This document shows, in pieces, positions 29,874 through 32,000 of a DNA stretch of 32,000 nt. How positions within the stretch are numbered: the first letter of the stretch is position 1; the number at the start of each line of letters is the position of its first letter. A program made the position numbers and the translations under genes. Origin of the DNA: Mycobacterium leprae TN (GTDB lineage Bacteria; Actinomycetota; Actinomycetes; Mycobacteriales; Mycobacteriaceae); the NCBI RefSeq assembly GCF_000195855.1, contig NC_002677.1:1590001-1622000 (forward strand), given 5' to 3'. The notes beneath the pieces were generated by a model, which saw nothing but the letters and a program-made list of their open reading frames with translations, was not told where the DNA came from and searched no databases.

Positions 29874-31637
29874 ATGTTGACGGAAATACGAATCGAGTCG
29901 TTGGGCGCTATCAGCGTTGCGACAGCTGAGTTCGATCGGGGCCTGACTGTACTGACCGGCGAAACCGGTACTGGCAAGACCATGGTGGTGACGGGGCTGC
30001 ATCTGCTCGGCGGGGCTCGCGCCGACGCAAGCCGTGTCCGATCAGGAGCTAACCGTGCTGTTGTCGAAGGCCGGTTCACGACGACCGACCTAGACGATGT
30101 TGTAGTCGCGCAGCTTGACGGGATACTTAACGCGTCGGGATCAGAGCGCGATGAGGATGGCAGCGTGATCGTGCTGCGCTCGGTCAGCCGCGACGGGCCT
30201 TCTCGCTCCTATCTCGGTGGTCGCAGCGTGCCGGCCAAGTCACTGGGCAGTTTCACCACTGAGTTGCTTGCCTTGCACGGGCAAAACGATCAGCTGCGGT
30301 TGGTGCGGCCTGAGGAGCAACGCGCTGCGCTAGACCGTTACGCGGCTGCAGGCCCCAGTTGTGAGCGCTACCGCGAGCTGCGTGATGCCTGGTTGTTGGC
30401 GCGGAGCGATCTCATAGATCGCCGCAATCGGATTCGGGAACTTGTCCAGGAGGCGGATCGGCTGAAATTCGCGCTGAGCGAGATCGATAGCGTTGACCCG
30501 CAACCGGGCGAGGACAACGCGTTGGTCGCTGACATCGTTCGGCTCTCCGAACTGGACATGCTGCGTGAAGTCGCGGTTAATGCGCGCGCGGCGTTATCCG
30601 GGGCGCTTGACGATATGGACGTGTCAGGCTCGAATGCTGTTGCTTGTATGGGACAGGCGAAGGCTGCGTTGGAATCGACCGATGACGCAACGTTGCGGGC
30701 GTTCGCCGACCAAGTCGGCGAAGTGCTGACGGTGGTTGTCGAAGTGGGTCGCGAGCTCGGCGAGTATCTGGAGGAACTGCCGGTCGATGCTAGCGCACTA
30801 GAGTCCAAGCTGGTTCGGCAAGCCGAACTGTGCACACTGACTCGCAAGTACGCCGCGGATATCGATGGCGTGTTGCAGTGGGCAAGGGAGTCACGCGAAC
30901 GGCTGGAGCAACTTGACGTCTCCTATGAAAGGTTGGCCGGCGTTGAATCTCGTGTCGATGAGTTGGAACGCCAATTATCGCAAGCCGCAGTCGATCTCAG
31001 CAAGCTTCGACGCGATGCAGCCAATAGACTGGCCAAAGAGGTGACCGCGGAGCTGTCTGCCTTGGCGATGGTCGATGCGGAATTCACCATTAGCGTGACT
31101 ACCGATCTCATACCTTTGACCGACTATAAGCGCTCCGCTGCCGTCACGCTGCCCTCGGGCGGAGTGGCCCGAGCCGGCGCTGATGGTGTCGACCAGGTCG
31201 AGTTTGGCTTTGCTGCGCACCGCGGTATGACGGTGCTGCCGCTGGCGAAAAGCGCCTCTGGCGGTGAGCTATCTCGGGTGATGCTCGCTCTAGAGGTAGT
31301 GTTAGCTACTTCGGCGGCGGGTACCACGATGGTGTTCGATGAGGTTGATGTCGGCGTCGGCGGCAGGGCCGCAGTGCAGATCGGGCGTAGGTTGGCGCGG
31401 TTGGCCCGTACCCACCAGGTCATTGTGGTGACGCATTTGCCACAGGTTGCCGCCTATGCTGATGTCCATCTGGTGGTGCACAGTGCCGGGCTTGACGGCG
31501 CCAGCGACGTGCGTCGTCTGGCCGGCGACGATAGGGTGGCCGAGTTGGCGCGGATGCTGGCGGGGCTCGGTGAGTCTGATAGTGGCCGCGCGCACGCCCG
31601 TGAACTGCTCGATGCCGCGCGGAAAGATAAGAGCTAA
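29874..31637 (+). CDS. recN: DNA repair protein RecN (SMC-like ATPase)
   Basis: 587 aa. Walker A GETGTGKT, long coiled-coil middle, signature SGGELSR, Walker B/D-loop MVFDEVDVGVGG, then VIVVTHLPQVAA. Confidence 0.95.
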   Translation: MLTEIRIESLGAISVATAEFDRGLTVLTGETGTGKTMVVTGLHLLGGARADASRVRSGANRAVVEGRFTTTDLDDVVVAQLDGILNASGSERDEDGSVIVLRSVSRDGPSRSYLGGRSVPAKSLGSFTTELLALHGQNDQLRLVRPEEQRAALDRYAAAGPSCERYRELRDAWLLARSDLIDRRNRIRELVQEADRLKFALSEIDSVDPQPGEDNALVADIVRLSELDMLREVAVNARAALSGALDDMDVSGSNAVACMGQAKAALESTDDATLRAFADQVGEVLTVVVEVGRELGEYLEELPVDASALESKLVRQAELCTLTRKYAADIDGVLQWARESRERLEQLDVSYERLAGVESRVDELERQLSQAAVDLSKLRRDAANRLAKEVTAELSALAMVDAEFTISVTTDLIPLTDYKRSAAVTLPSGGVARAGADGVDQVEFGFAAHRGMTVLPLAKSASGGELSRVMLALEVVLATSAAGTTMVFDEVDVGVGGRAAVQIGRRLARLARTHQVIVVTHLPQVAAYADVHLVVHSAGLDGASDVRRLAGDDRVAELARMLAGLGESDSGRAHARELLDAARKDKS

Positions 31638-31822
31638 TTTGGTCCGCGCTGCTGCGAGCGATCGTGTCCGTACCCCGACACGCCGCAAAACCTGTACATC
31701 TGCGGACGTTTGTGCGATCAAATCGTTACTATCTTGTGATAGATGTTACTGCAGAAACTTCTGATACTAATATTACGGCGCGTCTCCTAGGCTCAGCCGC
31801 ACTTGACCGCCAGGATTGCCCT

Positions 31823-32000
31823 ATGAGGATGTCAGCACTGCTTTCCCGCAATAACTCCCGGCCGGGGTTGGTTGGGACCGCTCGAGTTGATCGGAATATC
31901 GACCGATTGCTACGTAGAATCTGCCCCGGCGACATTGTGGTCCTCGACGTCCTGGATCTGGATCGGATCACAGCTGACGCATTGGTGGAGGCCGATATCG
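31823..32000 (+). CDS. 5' part of a conserved hypothetical gene (Rv1697-like); runs off the window
   Basis: ATG 31823: MRMSALLSRNNSRPGLVGTARVDRNIDRLLRRICPGDIVVLDVLDLDRITADALVEADI..., open to the window end. It is not in the ORF track because no stop is reached. The listed minus ORF 31729..31971 is its antisense shadow. It matches my memory of the gene that follows recN in Mtb. Confidence 0.65.
   Translation, partial: MRMSALLSRNNSRPGLVGTARVDRNIDRLLRRICPGDIVVLDVLDLDRITADALVEADI

Overview
This window is almost certainly Mycobacterium leprae chromosome. It carries a complete RLEP dispersed repeat containing the sites I recall as the standard leprosy PCR targets. Gene order otherwise follows M. 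tuberculosis (Mtb) blocks recalled from memory, and most of those genes are broken.

By my coordinates only about 40% of the 32 kb is intact coding or tRNA sequence.

Intact islands:
- aftC, an Rv2672-like secreted hydrolase and a ribD-like reductase (5.4-9.2 kb, minus strand).
- A four-tRNA cluster: Val-GAC, Cys-GCA and Gly-GCC on the minus strand, Val-CAC on the plus strand (12.4-12.9 kb).
- An Rv1683-like hydrolase/acyl-CoA-synthetase fusion plus a Trm112-like small ORF (16.1-19.3 kb).
- mpg and tyrS (21.6-23.5 kb).
- A small ORF, tlyA, nadK, recN and the start of an Rv1697-like gene (27.9-32.0 kb).

The rest reads as gene wreckage:
- M24 dipeptidase.
- PAS/GGDEF-like protein.
- IS110-type transposase.
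- msrB.
- AFG1/ZapE ATPase.
- Tyrosine integrase next to tRNA-Val.
- A large LuxR/STAND-type regulator.
- A TetR plus ABC exporter module.
- Rv1691-like and HAD phosphatase genes.
- About 5 kb that I cannot assign.

Three Mtb synteny blocks meet here. One junction holds the IS relic and the RLEP cluster; the other holds the tRNA/integrase relic.

I found no CRISPR array, no intact mobile element, and no convincing novel multi-gene system such as a defence or toxin system. The points worth a second look are small-scale:
- RLEP-related fragments arranged around the intact RLEP.
- A 23-bp tandem duplication.
- A perfect 16-bp hairpin at a pseudogene start.
- A hydrolase whose nucleophile position lacks serine.
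- A conserved but motif-divergent adenylation domain.
- DNA between tyrS and Rv1691 that has no Mtb counterpart I can recall.

All homology calls are by-eye motif recognition. Nothing was searched or computed beyond coordinate arithmetic.
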